Assembly (NCBI RefSeq): GCF_006345805.1 | Contig: NC_042997.1 | Coordinates: 21,204,001 to 21,268,000, forward strand | Direction of reading: 5' to 3' | DNA: 64,000 nt | Source: Octopus sinensis | Lineage: Eukaryota | Part shown: in pieces, positions 25,042-38,104 of the stretch | Layout: every line of letters begins with the position of its first letter | Position numbering within the stretch: position 1 is the first letter of the stretch | Made by a program: the position numbers and the translations under genes | Notes under the pieces: generated by a model | What the model was told of the DNA's origin: nothing | The model's database searches: none | The model's input: only the letters and a program-made list of their open reading frames with translations

Positions 25042-26277
25042 AAAAGTGCATTCCAGAAATTTTGAGACTTTTTCGAGAGAGACATTTATTAACTTTTATA
25101 GAAGTACAAAGTTCTAGTCTCCTTCAAAGTAGGATCCTCTTATTTCAATATACTTGTTGTAGTATTTCACCCACTTTGTGAAGGATCTATGGAAGCCTTC
25201 CAAGGAGAATGTGTTCAGGATCTTTGTTACAGCCTCTGTCATCTTCTCAATGTTTTCAAAACAATTGCCCCTGAGTTTATCTTTTAGCTTGAACAACCAA
25301 GAGTTACAAGGAGTAAGGTCTGGACCGTAGGGATGGTGAGGGATAGTTTAGATGCCCATCTCTGTCAAGTTGTTGGTTACCAGGATAGCATTGTGGACTG
25401 GTGCATTGTCCTGGTGAAGGTGTTACCGACCCGAGTGGAAGAGCTCTAGCCTTTTGCAACAAAACCTCTTCCTGAACCCCTTGAAACCTCCACAATTATA
25501 CACTTTGTTGATTGTTTGGCCACAGGGAAGCCAGTGGATGGAGGCGATGCCTTTGCTGTTAATAAAGGGCATTAGCATGAGCATCCCGTGGGACTTGCAT
25601 TAGCTGGATTTTTGGTTCTGGAGGAGCCTGGTTGCTTCTATTAGGCACTCTGCCTCTTAGTCTCTAGAATATAACAGTAGATCCAGCTTTCGTAGCAGTT
25701 CACTAGAGCCTTAGTTGCCCTTGGATTGGAGGTAATGAGCTCAACCATCTCGCTGTTCGTCATTGAGCACCACGGGAACAAAATCTGCACTAGCGCAGAT
25801 GTTCATGAATAATTCTGTATTCAGTAACCACACCAACCCCAAACTGTATGCTTATTGTTTTTATTAGACACATGGCGGTCTTCATCCAGAAAATTCCAAA
25901 TTTTCTCAACCAGCTTTAATGTTCTGACGTTCCACTTCCTCCCACACACACCCATCGTCTCTCATCTCCTCTTTACCGTTTTTGAACCTTTTGTGCCAGC
26001 GGAAGAGCAGATGCTCAGCTCATACAAGTTAATCCGTAAGCAGTTTGAAGCATTTCATAAAGTTTCCGTAGTGTTGTTCTTCAATTTAGCACAAAGCTTT
26101 ATCGCATAGCAAGCTTAAAAACTGGCTTCACGTCCCGACTGCATTTTGGAAACTAGTCAGCTGTAACAAGCAGTGTTTAGTAGGATTTGTTCAAAGTGCT
26201 GTTTCAGCTGTCTTCTTCCGTCTGAAATATAAATTTGTCCTAAAATAAGGGTCTCAAACCTTCCGGAATGCACCTTG
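25042..26277 (-). mobile_element. Full-length but decayed mariner transposon
   Basis: TA-flanked TIRs (AAAAGTGCATTCCAGAAATTTTGAGAC / GTCTCAAACCTTCCGGAATGCACCTTG); minus-strand HQDNAPVH, PYGPDLTPC..WLFKLKDKLRGNCFENIE. Confidence 0.88.
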
Positions 26278-26696
26278 TAGTTTATTTTGTTGTAAAGAAG
26301 CAACATGTCTCAGTTTCTCTCCTGAAAAAATTGCTTGGCTACAGTAGGCTCATATACTATAATAGCTGTAAGACAGTGTTACGATAAAATATAGATGGCA
26401 CAAAACATTTTATTATGATCAAACACACCGCCCAGTTTAAAGTCATGCACGGGCAGTTTGGTATTTTTAAAACAGTTTTCTCAGTTTCAAACAATGAACT
26501 TGGACTCCCGTTTGAAGAGAGGAAATAATAGTAACTCTGCTTCCTATCTTCAACTTCCACTTACACCGTCGTTAATAGTCACAAGACAGAGACAACAACT
26601 TGTTGCCAGAGGCTACTCGTAAATGTCAAGATTGGAATCTAATTCCGGGGAAGCCTGATTGTGCATAAACATGAATTTTATTTTGTTCAGTTTCTT

Positions 26697-26820
26697 ATTT
26701 CTTTATTGCCCACAAGCGGCTAAACATAGAGGTGACAAACAAGGACAGACAAAGGGATTAAATCGATTACTTGGCCCCAATGCGTAACTGGTACTTAACT
26801 TATCGACCCCGAAAGGATGT
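26697..26820 (-). mobile_element. SINE 3' fragment (Meta-like family)
   Basis: Matches the tail and core of the 20082 and 40994 copies. Confidence 0.8.
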
Positions 26821-27009
26821 ATTGCGTGGAAGTTAAATCATCCTACGACACATCATAATAAACTATAAAGAATATTATCTGTAATACGCATCTTCATAGG
26901 ACTATAGAACATTCGAACTCTATAGATTGTTGCCTCAGCAGAATTCAACCATCACTGTCCCAAGCATTAGATGCTCAATGATCCAAGAAACATATATATA
27001 TATATATAT

Positions 27010-27194
27010 CGTTGAAATTTACAGAACAAACAAAAGACGAAGACAGGTGTATAAACAACAAGCAGGTGTATAAGTTTGACGCTCGGGAAGGTGAGAAAGT
27101 CTTTTATGATTCGAGCGTACGCTCTTCAACAGAAAGGAACACGAGGAAATAAGCAGAGAATAAAAAAAAACATTTGGAGTTACCGGTTAATTAT

Positions 27195-27195
<1 letters not shown>
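27010..27195 (-). mobile_element. Solo Neptune-family pLTR between (TA)n tracts, with a degenerate hammerhead-like motif (27101-27136)
   Basis: Reverse complement resembles 23640-23800; motif CTTT-CTGTTGA-A-GAGC-GTAC-GCTC-GAAT-CATA-AAAG. Confidence 0.75.
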
Positions 27196-27264
<69 letters not shown>

Positions 27265-28163
27265 ATATTGCCAGGCCTACAGCAATAGTATACTGTGAAC
27301 ATAAAAACAAAAACAATAAAATGCATGCATACAACGCTACTAACAGGGCCTACAATTTTAGTACTTAGATTTACACCAGTGAAGTGGAATATAGAAGATC
27401 ATGTTGGGACCTGCGACATTTTGCTTATCTGTGACATAATATCATTAGGCCCATCAACAGAATGAACAGAGAAAAAACATAGAGCATAATCAAACAACAC
27501 TGCACCACATACGGTTTACCACTATTTTATCAGAATGTGACGACTGGTCCCTAAATTGGAGGTAGGGTATATCCGGTTGTTTGGAACCCTTACTTGTTTA
27601 GGCCAAATATCTAATTATGCCTGCTGTTGTCAATATCATATATCTGTAATCGGAGTACTCGTATTACTAAAATGAATACCAGAAACATGAAGAATAATAC
27701 TCATCCTACGTCTGTGTTAGTGACATCAATAACAAAAACAGCGCCAAGTTGGATTCGTATACAGCACATACAGCAAACACTTTGATTCATACTGAAGTCA
27801 TAAAAGTTTAGAATTTAGTAACAACTTCACGCGAAATGTTTCCCATTGCTGTTAATTGACTTCTTAAGAAGTGCTGTTCTACGTTACTCGAGAAGTATGT
27901 AAGCAATCACGTTTCGGTCTGCGATATTAAGTTATAGGAAATATAAAGTAACGAGCACACTTGACCAATTCAACGCAGAAACACTGATTGAATTACTCCA
28001 TTGAAATCATATATGCATTGTAGTTGTGTATCTCCAGATACAGCATATATTATTATGCATGTATACAACGATACATGCACACACGCATGCCATCATACAT
28101 GGATTCATATATAAGAATACATATGTATATTTATATGTATGCCTGTATATTTATATGTATATG

Positions 28164-28213
<50 letters not shown>

Positions 28214-28481
28214 CGTATGTATGTATATATGTATATATGCATGTATTTATGCATGTATGCGTTATAGCACACAAACTAATGTGAATATACCTATATAATA
28301 TCTACTGTTAGTAAATATGTATTGATATTGGAAGAATTTTACAATTTCACCACATGTATGCTATCGTATGAATTTTACAAGTAATATTCTAAAACAAAAC
28401 TAAACAGATTTATGATTCTTTCTTTAATTAAGCATACTACTTTGTGATAATTCTGACAAATCTATGCATATATGTAACTTA

Positions 28482-29700
28482 TTAGGTTGTCAAGAAAGTT
28501 CTTGCGGTTTTTAACCTTTAAATTCAGATGCACATATCTCCACTCAAACTAAACTTTATTAATCGAAATAAACAGCGTCAGAATCAACACACTTTTTCCA
28601 ACGCGAAACAAGTTTATTTATGCCAGTAGTGTAAAAGTCCTGCGTTCTGGTGGCGATGAAATCGTTGAAGGCATGCTTGGCATCATCTTGGTTTTGAAGC
28701 ATTTCTCACGCAGGAAGTTGTCGAGATGCTTGAAAAAGTGTTAGTCAGTAGGCGAGAGGTCTGGTGAGTATGGTGGATGAGGCAGAGTTTCATAGCCCAA
28801 TTCGTTCAACTTCTGCAGGGTCAGTTGTGCGAAGTACGGCCGAGCGCTTTTGTGGATAAGAATTGGTCCTTTTCTATTGATCAATGCTGGTTGTTGTTTC
28901 TTATGTGTTTCATCCATTTACTGACAGTACTTCTCTGCCGTAATGGTTTCGCCTGGATCCAAAAAGCTGTGATGGATGAGACCGGCCGCAGGCCACCAAA
29001 CAGTCACCATGTCCTTCTTTTGGTGCAACTTTGGCTTTGGGAAGTGCTATGGAGCTTGGTCGGCATCCAACCACTGAGCTGAGAGTCGCCAGTTGTCGTA
29101 AATAATCCACTTTTCATCGCAAGTCACAATCCGGCCGGTTCTTGTTGCGCAAAAGAAGGTAAGACGACACTTCAAAACGGCGTTTTTTTTTTGTCGTTCA
29201 ATTCGTGCGGCACCCATTTCTCAAGTATTTTTGTTTTTCCAATTTCTTTCAAGTGGTTGGAAATTGTCGTAAACGTTACGTCTAATTCAGAAGTAAGCTC
29301 TCGAACTGTTGTGCGTGGATTGGCTTCGACAAGGGCTCTTAGTTGATCGTAGTCAACATCCGATGGGCGACCAGTACGCTTATCATCGTCAAGACACTCG
29401 TCACCGCTACGAAATTTCTTGAACCACCATTGTGCTGTACGTTCATTAGTGGTTCCTGGGCCAAATGTATCGTTGATATCGCGAGCTGTTTCAGCAGCTT
29501 TTCGGCCTAGCTTGAACTGGAATAAGAAAATTGTGCGAATTTGCTTTTTGTCTATGTTGTATTTAACGTGCCGGAAAAATGGCCTAATTATTCAAAAAGA
29601 AAAAGAGTAACACGATTAGATAGAACGAAAAGCGGGCTTTAAAATCGTATATAAAGTCAAAGTAATTTAATGGAAATTAATTTGCAAATCACTTAAAACC
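28482..29700 (-). mobile_element. Decayed mariner (cecropia/Hsmar1-like)
   Basis: TA + TIR TTAGGTTGTCAAGAAAGTTC; minus-strand WVPHEL, TCDEKWIIYDN, PYSPDLSPTD and HTH start (KKQIRTIFLFQFKLGRKAAETARDIN). The other TIR is not evident. Confidence 0.9.
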
Positions 29701-30027
29701 AAAATTAAAAATTCTGCGTTATCTTGCGTCGATTGGTTGCTATTATATAATAGTCGGATGTTCCGTTCGGAAACACATTTTTTAATACGTAAAATCATTA
29801 CCAATATTCCAAGTCACTTGAATAATTTATCTCTAATTAGACAGTTTACGATTACAAAATGTATCATAATCTACTAACAGAAAATTGCCACTAAAGAATA
29901 AAGGAAATTACTAATAAAATACTGACGTATATTAATTTGTCATAATTAAATAATTTACATAGACGATTTTCTTCATATTGTATAAAATGATAATGAAAAT
30001 ACTGTTAATATTTTATACGCATTTGTG

Positions 30028-30200
30028 AGGCCCCGACCAAGAAGAATCGTTAGCACTCTGGGCAAATAACACTTAGCGGCACTTCGTCCGTCTTCATGGT
30101 CTGAGTTCAAATTCCACCGAGATCGACATTACCTTTTATCATTTGGGGTCGATAGAATAAGTACGAGTTGCTGGCCTTGTACCAAAATTTGAAACTAATA
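30028..30200 (+). mobile_element. Degenerate Meta-like SINE
   Basis: CTGAGTTCAAATTCC, TTTTATCATTTGGGGTCGATAGAATAAGTAC, tail GGCCTTGTACCAAAATTTGAAAC. Confidence 0.75.
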
Positions 30201-30607
30201 TTTTACAGGAATTATTTTGAATGCACAATTCATGTTGTGGGGTTAGAATAACGTTTTCAGCTATTCAGAAATATAAAATATTTCTTTTTACTTTTTACCA
30301 CATTTAACCACTAATGTTTATGTTACATAATGAGAATAGGTTTTTATCAAAATTCAATTGAAAATCAATATTTAATGCACATTGTACTGATGCATAATAC
30401 TACAACGTTTTCCCATCATTTCTGATCTAGATTAAGTTATTAATATTATCTCATACTCGTATATTTCAATCTTTTAACCATACGCTTCCACAGAATGTAC
30501 ACAATACGAAATACTCTTTCCAAAAGTTTCGTGGTATTGCTCTTCTAAAAAGAATTTAAATATTTCCTAACTCTTGAGAAAATATTCCTTTACACATTCA
30601 CACACAG

Positions 30608-30642
<35 letters not shown>

Positions 30643-31055
30643 TATATAATATGAGACGCAAAAAACATTATTGGTACTTTATACTTTAATATACATATAT
30701 TTTTCAATGCGTCAACCATCTACTTCCTCAGTATCTCGTCATACTGAGGCGATAACCAGTTAGCTGTTCTTCTCTGTATAATGTTACTGAAACTGTGCAC
30801 TTTCAAACTCAAATCGTGTAAGATGTAAAAAATTTAAATCGCTTACCAAGTCCTAAATGTACTGGCAACGTGCTGTGCGCTGACACATTTCCACGTGAAA
30901 CAGATTGTTTCATGTGGAAAAGATGTCTAAAATTATTCAAGCGAACGATTTAGGAATGTTGGAATTTGAGTCCATTTCATATACACTAGATTAAATGTAC
31001 GCGCACAAACACACATACACATTGTACATATGTATATGTATATGCACATTCACTT

Positions 31056-31114
<59 letters not shown>

Positions 31115-31124
31115 TATATACATA

Positions 31125-31327
31125 CATATATATATATATATATATGTACATATATACATACATATATGCATTTGCCATGATAGATCACTATCACTACACA
31201 TTAAAGACTTTCACTTCCCGAGTGTTATACTAATACATCTGTTTGTTGTCTACTCTACCTGTCTTCGTCTTTTGTTTTTGTTTGTGAATTCTCCCTATAT
31301 ATATATATATATGGAGAGAGGGATAGA

Positions 31328-31374
<47 letters not shown>

Positions 31375-31556
31375 GTACATATATACATACATATATGCAT
31401 TTGCCATGATAGATCACTATCACTACACATTAAAGACTTTCACTTCCCGAGTGTTATACTAATACATCTGTTTGTTGTCTACTCTACCTGTCTTCGTCTT
31501 TTGTTTTTGTTTGTGAATTCTCCCTATATATATATATATATGGAGAGAGGGATAGA

Positions 31557-31585
<29 letters not shown>
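31125..31585 (+). repeat. 229-bp tandem duplication of a deleted Neptune-family pLTR plus microsatellite
   Basis: GCATTTGCCATGATAGATC at 31168 and 31397; homologous to 23606-23802 but lacking the HHR segment. Confidence 0.88.
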
Positions 31586-31590
<5 letters not shown>

Positions 31591-31913
31591 CATACATACA
31601 TACATACATATTTATAAACAATCATTGGTTATAGAACAAACATTAAATTTGGGTTCAATGACTTTAAATATAACACCACCCTCAAACATTTAATCATATA
31701 TAAAAATCACCATGGTTCCCAAACTTAATAAATAATACATATACATAAAATCATAGAAGGTAAAAGTATATAATCGTATAAAATACAAATAGAACGGCCT
31801 ATCAAAAAAAACAATGCTTCTTTATCGGTGTCTCATTTACATTTGAGCACTTGTTTTGCAATCCTATAAACCCTTTTGTTCCTATAAAAAGAGACAAATA
31901 TTATTTCTTGTTT

Positions 31914-31951
<38 letters not shown>

Positions 31952-32017
31952 TATATATATAGGTATGTATATATGTATATACATATATATGTATATATAT
32001 ATATATATTTACATATA

Positions 32018-32091
<74 letters not shown>

Positions 32092-32117
32092 TGTGTGTGT
32101 ATTTACATAAAAGATGG

Positions 32118-32408
32118 AGAAGATAACATCCGGGCTACATGTGTTTCGTATCGAGGGAACCTCGGAACTGGTAAGTATCAAAGCGACGTGTACACCGCAG
32201 GCTGCTCGTCAGGCCAAGGTTATCTTTATTGAATTACATTTCACACGGAGATACTTGTTAACACGTAGAAAAATCGATTTTTCCATGTATTAACAAGTAC
32301 CTCCTTGTGACAATGTAAATTTTCATTCTATCAGGACACCCTTGACCTGACGATCAGCCTGCGGTTTACACCTCCTTTGAGAAACAATGTTGCCCGGATG
32401 ATAACTTC
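32118..32408. repeat. Degenerate palindromic pLTR pair carrying two inverted hammerhead motifs
   Basis: Centre AAAAATCGATTTTT (~32269-32282). Minus HHR GGC-CTGACGA-...-GAAAC-ACAT-GTA-GCC (32133-32215); plus HHR GAC-CTGACGA-TCAG..TTGA-GAAAC-AAT-GTT-GCC (32344-32394). Confidence 0.75.
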
Positions 32409-32579
32409 GTTCTTTAACTCTTGTAAACTTATTCGCATACTCGGCAACCTTTTTTTCAGTTTAACGTACTTCGATACGAAAACATCCATAACCTTCCGTC
32501 TCACTAAACCAATATTAACCCTGGAAGCTGTTTTTTATATTTACTACGGATTGCTTAAAGATAACTTTGTTCCTACATC

Positions 32580-32646
<67 letters not shown>

Positions 32647-32651
32647 ATATA

Positions 32652-32685
<34 letters not shown>

Positions 32686-32689
<4 letters not shown>

Positions 32690-33091
32690 AAACAAGTCAA
32701 AATAGAAAATGCTAAAATAATTTTATAAAGAACATTTCAGTACCGGTTTCGGTCATTTTGAGACCTTTTCAACTGTAACGGTTAAATAATTAAATTTAGA
32801 AAAATTAGAAGAAAAGTTTTTTTAAAGGAATATTTGTATAGTGTTCAGATATAAGTGGCATTCTGCCTTTCTCTGACTCCTTTGTTTGCAAACAAGGGAG
32901 TCAGAGAAAGGCAGAATGCCACTTATATCTGAACACTATACAAATATTCCTTTAAAAAAACTTTTCTTCTAATTTTTCTAAATTTAATTATTTAACCGTT
33001 ACAGTTGAAAAGGTCTCAAAATGACCGAAACCGGTACTGAAATGTTCTTTATAAAATTATTTTAGCATTTTCTATTTTGACTTGTTTTTTC
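32686..33091. repeat. 406-bp loopless palindrome flanked by (TA)n
   Basis: Symmetry axis between 32888 and 32889 (TTTG|CAAA); one mismatch seen (32881 T / 32896 G). Confidence 0.95.
33002..33039 (+). ncRNA. Minimal type I hammerhead ribozyme with U3:A8 core (mirror copy at 32738-32775, minus strand)
   Basis: CAG-TTGAAAA-GGTC-TCAAAAT-GACC-GAAA-CCGG-TA-CTG: stem I, core, 4-bp stem II, GAAA, palindromic stem III, GUA cleavage triplet. Confidence 0.75.
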
Positions 33092-33125
33092 ATATATATC
33101 AACTCGTGTGTTCCTTTTCACCCTT

Positions 33126-33177
<52 letters not shown>

Positions 33178-34879
33178 ATATACACGTCATGCGTTTTGTT
33201 TGAGCATCCATACTATCTTTTAGGGAATTTCGCAGGTTTTGGACGCCACAATTGGTCCAAGTAGTACGTTCATAAAAAAGTTTTGAATAGATTTTTACAT
33301 TAATGTATTTGTTTTGCATGATTTCTGATGTGAAATCGTGTGTTGAAACATATATTGTGAATTATATGGGCTCGTATGTGATATGCATATTTATCTATGC
33401 AGTGAAGAGATCCAGCATGAGTTCCTGGTTTGTAAGTGTGTGTAATGCATATCGTGCATATAATCAATGTTTAAAAATTTACCCAGGCAGGATAGGCAGC
33501 AAGGTGGGTGAGAGGTCATTCTTTAAACTTCGAATTATGAATTGTTTTTTACATGCAAGCTTTCTTCCCTAGTATCCACAATATTCACTGTTGATGTTAT
33601 GATATTTAACTATTCTGTTACACAGTTGTTGCATTTATGCCTCGTCCCCCAGATTTGCTGGCCTTAGCTATAATCCTCCAATTTATATGGTTGTCGATCA
33701 CGTTCCTCTCTTTCAACCAATTGCTGCGTATGTCTCTTCTTGAAGGGTTCTTCATTCATAATCGCGAATGGGCTAGAATTGCTACTTGGTAAAGATGATC
33801 TCATATTCTGACATAATTATTTTCTACTGCTTATTGCAGCTTTTATTGGCTTGATATTACATTGATATCTTTGATTTCAGAAATAGACCTCTGATTATAA
33901 GAACATATTTTTAAAAATCGGAACATTTCGCTAAAATTGTTGACACATCCCTAGTTTACGAGCTTTCATTCGTAAGTACCTTGATCAATCATTCGTGATC
34001 CCCTTGCCTGATGGGGTAGCCTCTGGAAGCTTCTGGTTTACTTAGATTTATCAATGTTATATGCTATACACTTAAATATACATTGAGTTACTCTGTGAAA
34101 CTTATATAATTTGCAGATGCTGTTATAAAGGAATTAACAACTTCTGTAATGAAGAAGAAAATTAAACAAATAATATACTCGATAAATCTCTTTAACAACA
34201 CGTAAAGTTTTATTCCTGCTCTTTAATAAAGAAGTATTGATTTACATATAAGAGTAATTAATCAGCTTAGATTATGTTAAACATCAAGGTATATAAGTTT
34301 TACGTGCTTTTCTTATCTCTTGCTAGCAGCAATTGTAGAGGCAAGTATTTGCTTTCATTTCGAGAACTTTTGATTTATCGTGTTTAATTATCTCATAGAC
34401 ACAAGTTAAAGAATATTAAGACAACTCCTTATTGTAACTTACCGTCTTTTGTTTCATCAAAAATCTAAGACAGCACTAGCTTCTATTTTTGTGCGTTTTG
34501 ATCCGCGCAAAAATTCGATGAGATGTAGAATAACTTGGTTATAAAATAGACACATATGAGAGAGAAAATCACAAAGTGCAAATATGTCGAGTTAATACAA
34601 CAAGCATCACATGAAATATAATATTTGTATAATTATGGACACACGGGACTTACAAAGACATTACACATGCAGATATACACATGTAGACACACGTACACCC
34701 ATAAACATCTGAATGTATATTTACACACATAACTTCCTACCTAAATACGTGTATATACACACACGCATAAATGTGTATGTATATGCGTGTATACGTGTGT
34801 GTTTGTGTCTGTCTGTCTGTGTTGTGTATATGAGTGTGTTTGTGTCTGTCTGTGTACGTAAATGCATATATATGATGAA

Positions 34880-35017
34880 ATCGGTTAACAAAACCGATAG
34901 AATTTGCACCAGGCTTTAATATAAATAATGAAGTCGATTGATTCGACTAAGAATTCTCCAAGGCGGTGCCCCAGTATGGTTGCAGTCTAATGGCTAAAGC
35001 AAGAAAAAGATAAAAGA
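34880..35017 (+). mobile_element. SINE 3' fragment with CR1-like tail
   Basis: AAACCGATAGAAT...TCGACTAA...GGCGGTGCCCCAGTATGG...AAGAAAAAGATAAAAG. Confidence 0.7.
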
Positions 35018-35934
35018 AAATATGTGTATGAGTGTGTCTGCGTGTGTATGTCTATCTCCTTGTTTACGTATTTAACTCGTTTGTCTATGTATTTCGTACA
35101 GTTGGTGTCGTCTTGTACCCAATTATGCATATATATATTATAATTATTAGGGAATATTACTTCCGAGTACACAGGAAAAAGACATTCAAATTAGATGTAT
35201 TAAAACGAACATCTCTCAATGTTTAATTCGTATATATAAAAGTAGTTTTAGAGACAGAACCACCTTTAACTCAAACAACACTGAAAGATTTTATACCCGA
35301 CCACTCCATAAAATGTTCAATATTAAATCTTATACTGACTATATCTATTCTGTCTAATCTCTCTGCCTTTTCTAGAACAACTAGAGTGACCGCAGCGATT
35401 CACAGCTGTCTGATCATGAACCACATTCTTTGAAGCTCTCCAGATTCACCCATCACTCCTAATTATGTATCCATTTCCATCCTTAAGCCCACCACCAATC
35501 TCTGTCCTAGTTTTCCCCACTTCCAATCTCCAGAACTTGATACTCCCGCAAGTTTCCCACAAGTTTTAGCTTTTGGAATATCCCACAAACAGCGTAGATA
35601 TAACCTGCTTTAAACTAGAGCAAATTAAAAGAAATCACCATAGCCGAGGTCATCTGGACTTTTTTCATTCTGAAATGCATTTTACAGTTTGTTTCACTTC
35701 AAAGAATGTAGCATGTATTCTAAGGGAGATTTAGCTGCTATTTCTAGCTAACCTTCGTAGAACGCACACATGCTATTTATCTAAGAATTCAGCAATGACT
35801 GTCACATCAGAGACTTACAAATACTTAATATAATCTTCACACATTTTTATATCTATAACGTTATATTTATATCTAGCTGGGGTGCAAATTCTTTCATATT
35901 CCACTTTGCCTGTATAATATTTATGTACTGAACA

Positions 35935-36150
35935 AGGCGGCGAGTTGGCTGAACCGTTAAAACGCCGGGCAAAATGCTTAGCGACATTTCGTCCGTTTTC
36001 TGAGTTTAAATTCTGCCGAAGTCGACTTTGCTTTTCATCGTGTAGGGATCGATAAGATAAGTACCAGTACCAGCTGAAAACTGAGTCGATGTAATCGACA
36101 TAACCCCACCCCCAAAATTGCTAGCCTTGTGCCAAAATTTGAAATCATTA
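35935..36150 (+). mobile_element. tRNA-derived SINE (Meta-like core)
   Basis: GGCGGCGAGTTGGC head, CTGAGTTTAAATTC, core, tail CCCCAAAATTGCTAGCCTTGTGCCAAAATTTGAAA. Confidence 0.85.
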
Positions 36151-37089
36151 TTTATTTATCCATCACCAATGTTCAGTCAGTTGTTGTTGTATGTCCGCAA
36201 TCAAGCATTTTCTAGTATTTCTAGAGAGTTTAAATAGCATGCAAGTAGTCTTTCGAATTATAAAGCACGATACACATATCCATCTTCCCATTTATACCAT
36301 ACCTCTGTAATCATATGTAATGATCAATCATACAACCTGGACATATTGCATTCTTTCCCTCCACAAACTGCTGATGGTCACAGCTGGGACATGGTCCCGC
36401 TTTCCTGCTATGTTTCCTGGCATTTCCTTTTAAGTCAGTAGGATTGTATCAGAAGAAGATTCAATAGCAATTTCTTAACTCTTAATGGCTACCTTGGCAG
36501 ATGGTGCAGCTGTTATTTCTTATAGGACGTCTTTCGTCCTGCATGGACTTTTCCTCCACTCAGAAAGCTTCTAGGTAAAACCTGAATTAACGAAATACAA
36601 GCAGATTATATAATGTAACTGAAATATTTGAGAATGCCAATTCCATTAGTGTAGAATATGTTCCTGGAAGTATTATAGTTTTTCGTCTAAGGCTTCTACA
36701 GTTCTGATGTAAGTTTTCTTGAAATAACGTATAAGCATGAAGAAACGTATCTTAACATCTCTTCTGGAAAATGGAAAAACAATCAAGTATTAAATCAGAA
36801 TTGGAGCTGACAAGTTCTGGTATGTAAAAGAGACTAGGGAGATAAGGAGATAATTAAAAGATTTACAAAGAAGCAAAATCTGAAATGATAATTTCTTTTT
36901 CATTCTTCAAATAAGATTCTATAATGAATGAAATCGTGGTGGTATCCGCTCCAGTATGAATATTTTAGACGGTTTCATTTCTTCGAAGTTGCATTCATTA
37001 AGTATAAATTGGTTATTTCAACATAAGCCTATCGAATTTGAGAACAATGCAACCGCTATCTCATCGAGTCTGTCATAGCAGGGACCAGA

Positions 37090-37612
37090 AGACCCCAGTA
37101 CGCAACCGGTACTTAATTTCTTGAACCCGAAATGATGAATGGCAAAGTCGACTTCGGCGGAATTTGAACTCAGAACGTAAAGATAGACGAAATAACTATT
37201 TCTTTACTATCCACAAGGGGCTAAACACAGAGAGGAGAAACAAGGACGGACAAACGGATGAAGTCGATTATATCGACCCCAGTGCGTAACTGATACTTAT
37301 TTAATCGACCCCGAAAGGATGAAAGGCAAAGTCGACCTCGGCGGAATTTGAACTCAGAACGTAGCGGCAGACGAAATACCTATTTCTTTACTACCTACAA
37401 GGGGCTAAACACAGAGAAGACAAACAAGGACAGACAAACGGATTAAGTCGATTATATCGACCCCAGTGCGTAACTGATACTTATTTAATCGACTCCGAAA
37501 GGATGAATGGCAAAGTTGACCTCGGCGGAATTTGAACTCAGAAGGTAACGGCAGACGAAATACGGCTACGCATTTCGCCCGGCATGCTAACGTTTCTGCC
37601 AGCTCGCCGCCT
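37090..37612 (-). mobile_element. Tandem array of Meta-like SINE units (~184-bp period; one head, three core copies)
   Basis: GGCAAAGTCGAC..CGGCGGAATTTGAACTCAGAA recurs at ~37141, ~37325 and ~37509; the head occurs only at 37560-37612. Confidence 0.88.
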
Positions 37613-38104
37613 TTATCCAGTGTATGTATAACAGTTGACAAAGTAACTTTGAAGAGAACAGTAGTCAATAGATTGTCTCTTTTGATTTAATTATGCCGAC
37701 ACAGAATAAACATTACTGACGATACATTTATATATTTGATTTAGCATATCTAAAAAAATATGCTACTTGAAATATTTAAAAGTTATAAATATCCAGTTTT
37801 ACTAGTGAAATGTTTCGCATAAAATTGCTGTATTTGTTTGTTCAATATAAAACAAAATCCTACATTGTTCTAGATGAGTTTGTCGGTGTGTAGAAGACAT
37901 TTCTAAGCTCATGCTTTTTATTGTGTTTCTAATTTCATGTAGCTCGAAGATATGTATTGCAAATGAGCGCTTTTAATCTGCCTTTGTTCTTAATCATAAT
38001 TTCTTTCACGTCTGTCGAAACGGAACATGTAAGTGCCTATAAATCAAAGGAATACTAATATTATTTTGTAGAAGTAAATCGATGTTTGCAAATAACTTAA
38101 TCTT

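Noticed and set aside
30726-30749. Perfect hairpin CCTCAGTAT-loop-ATACTGAGG
   Set aside because: Isolated, with no ribozyme core or element ends; bacterial terminator logic does not apply.
31620-31915. Possible Penelope endonuclease C-terminus (KCRH-like) on the minus strand
   Set aside because: Needs a frameshift and has no supporting GIY-YIG motif.
33400-33950. Possible decayed RLE-LINE on the minus strand
   Set aside because: No catalytic motif could be read with confidence.
37090-37612. Regularly spaced repeats resembling a CRISPR array
   Set aside because: Eukaryotic context; the units are whole SINE copies with no unique spacers and no cas genes.
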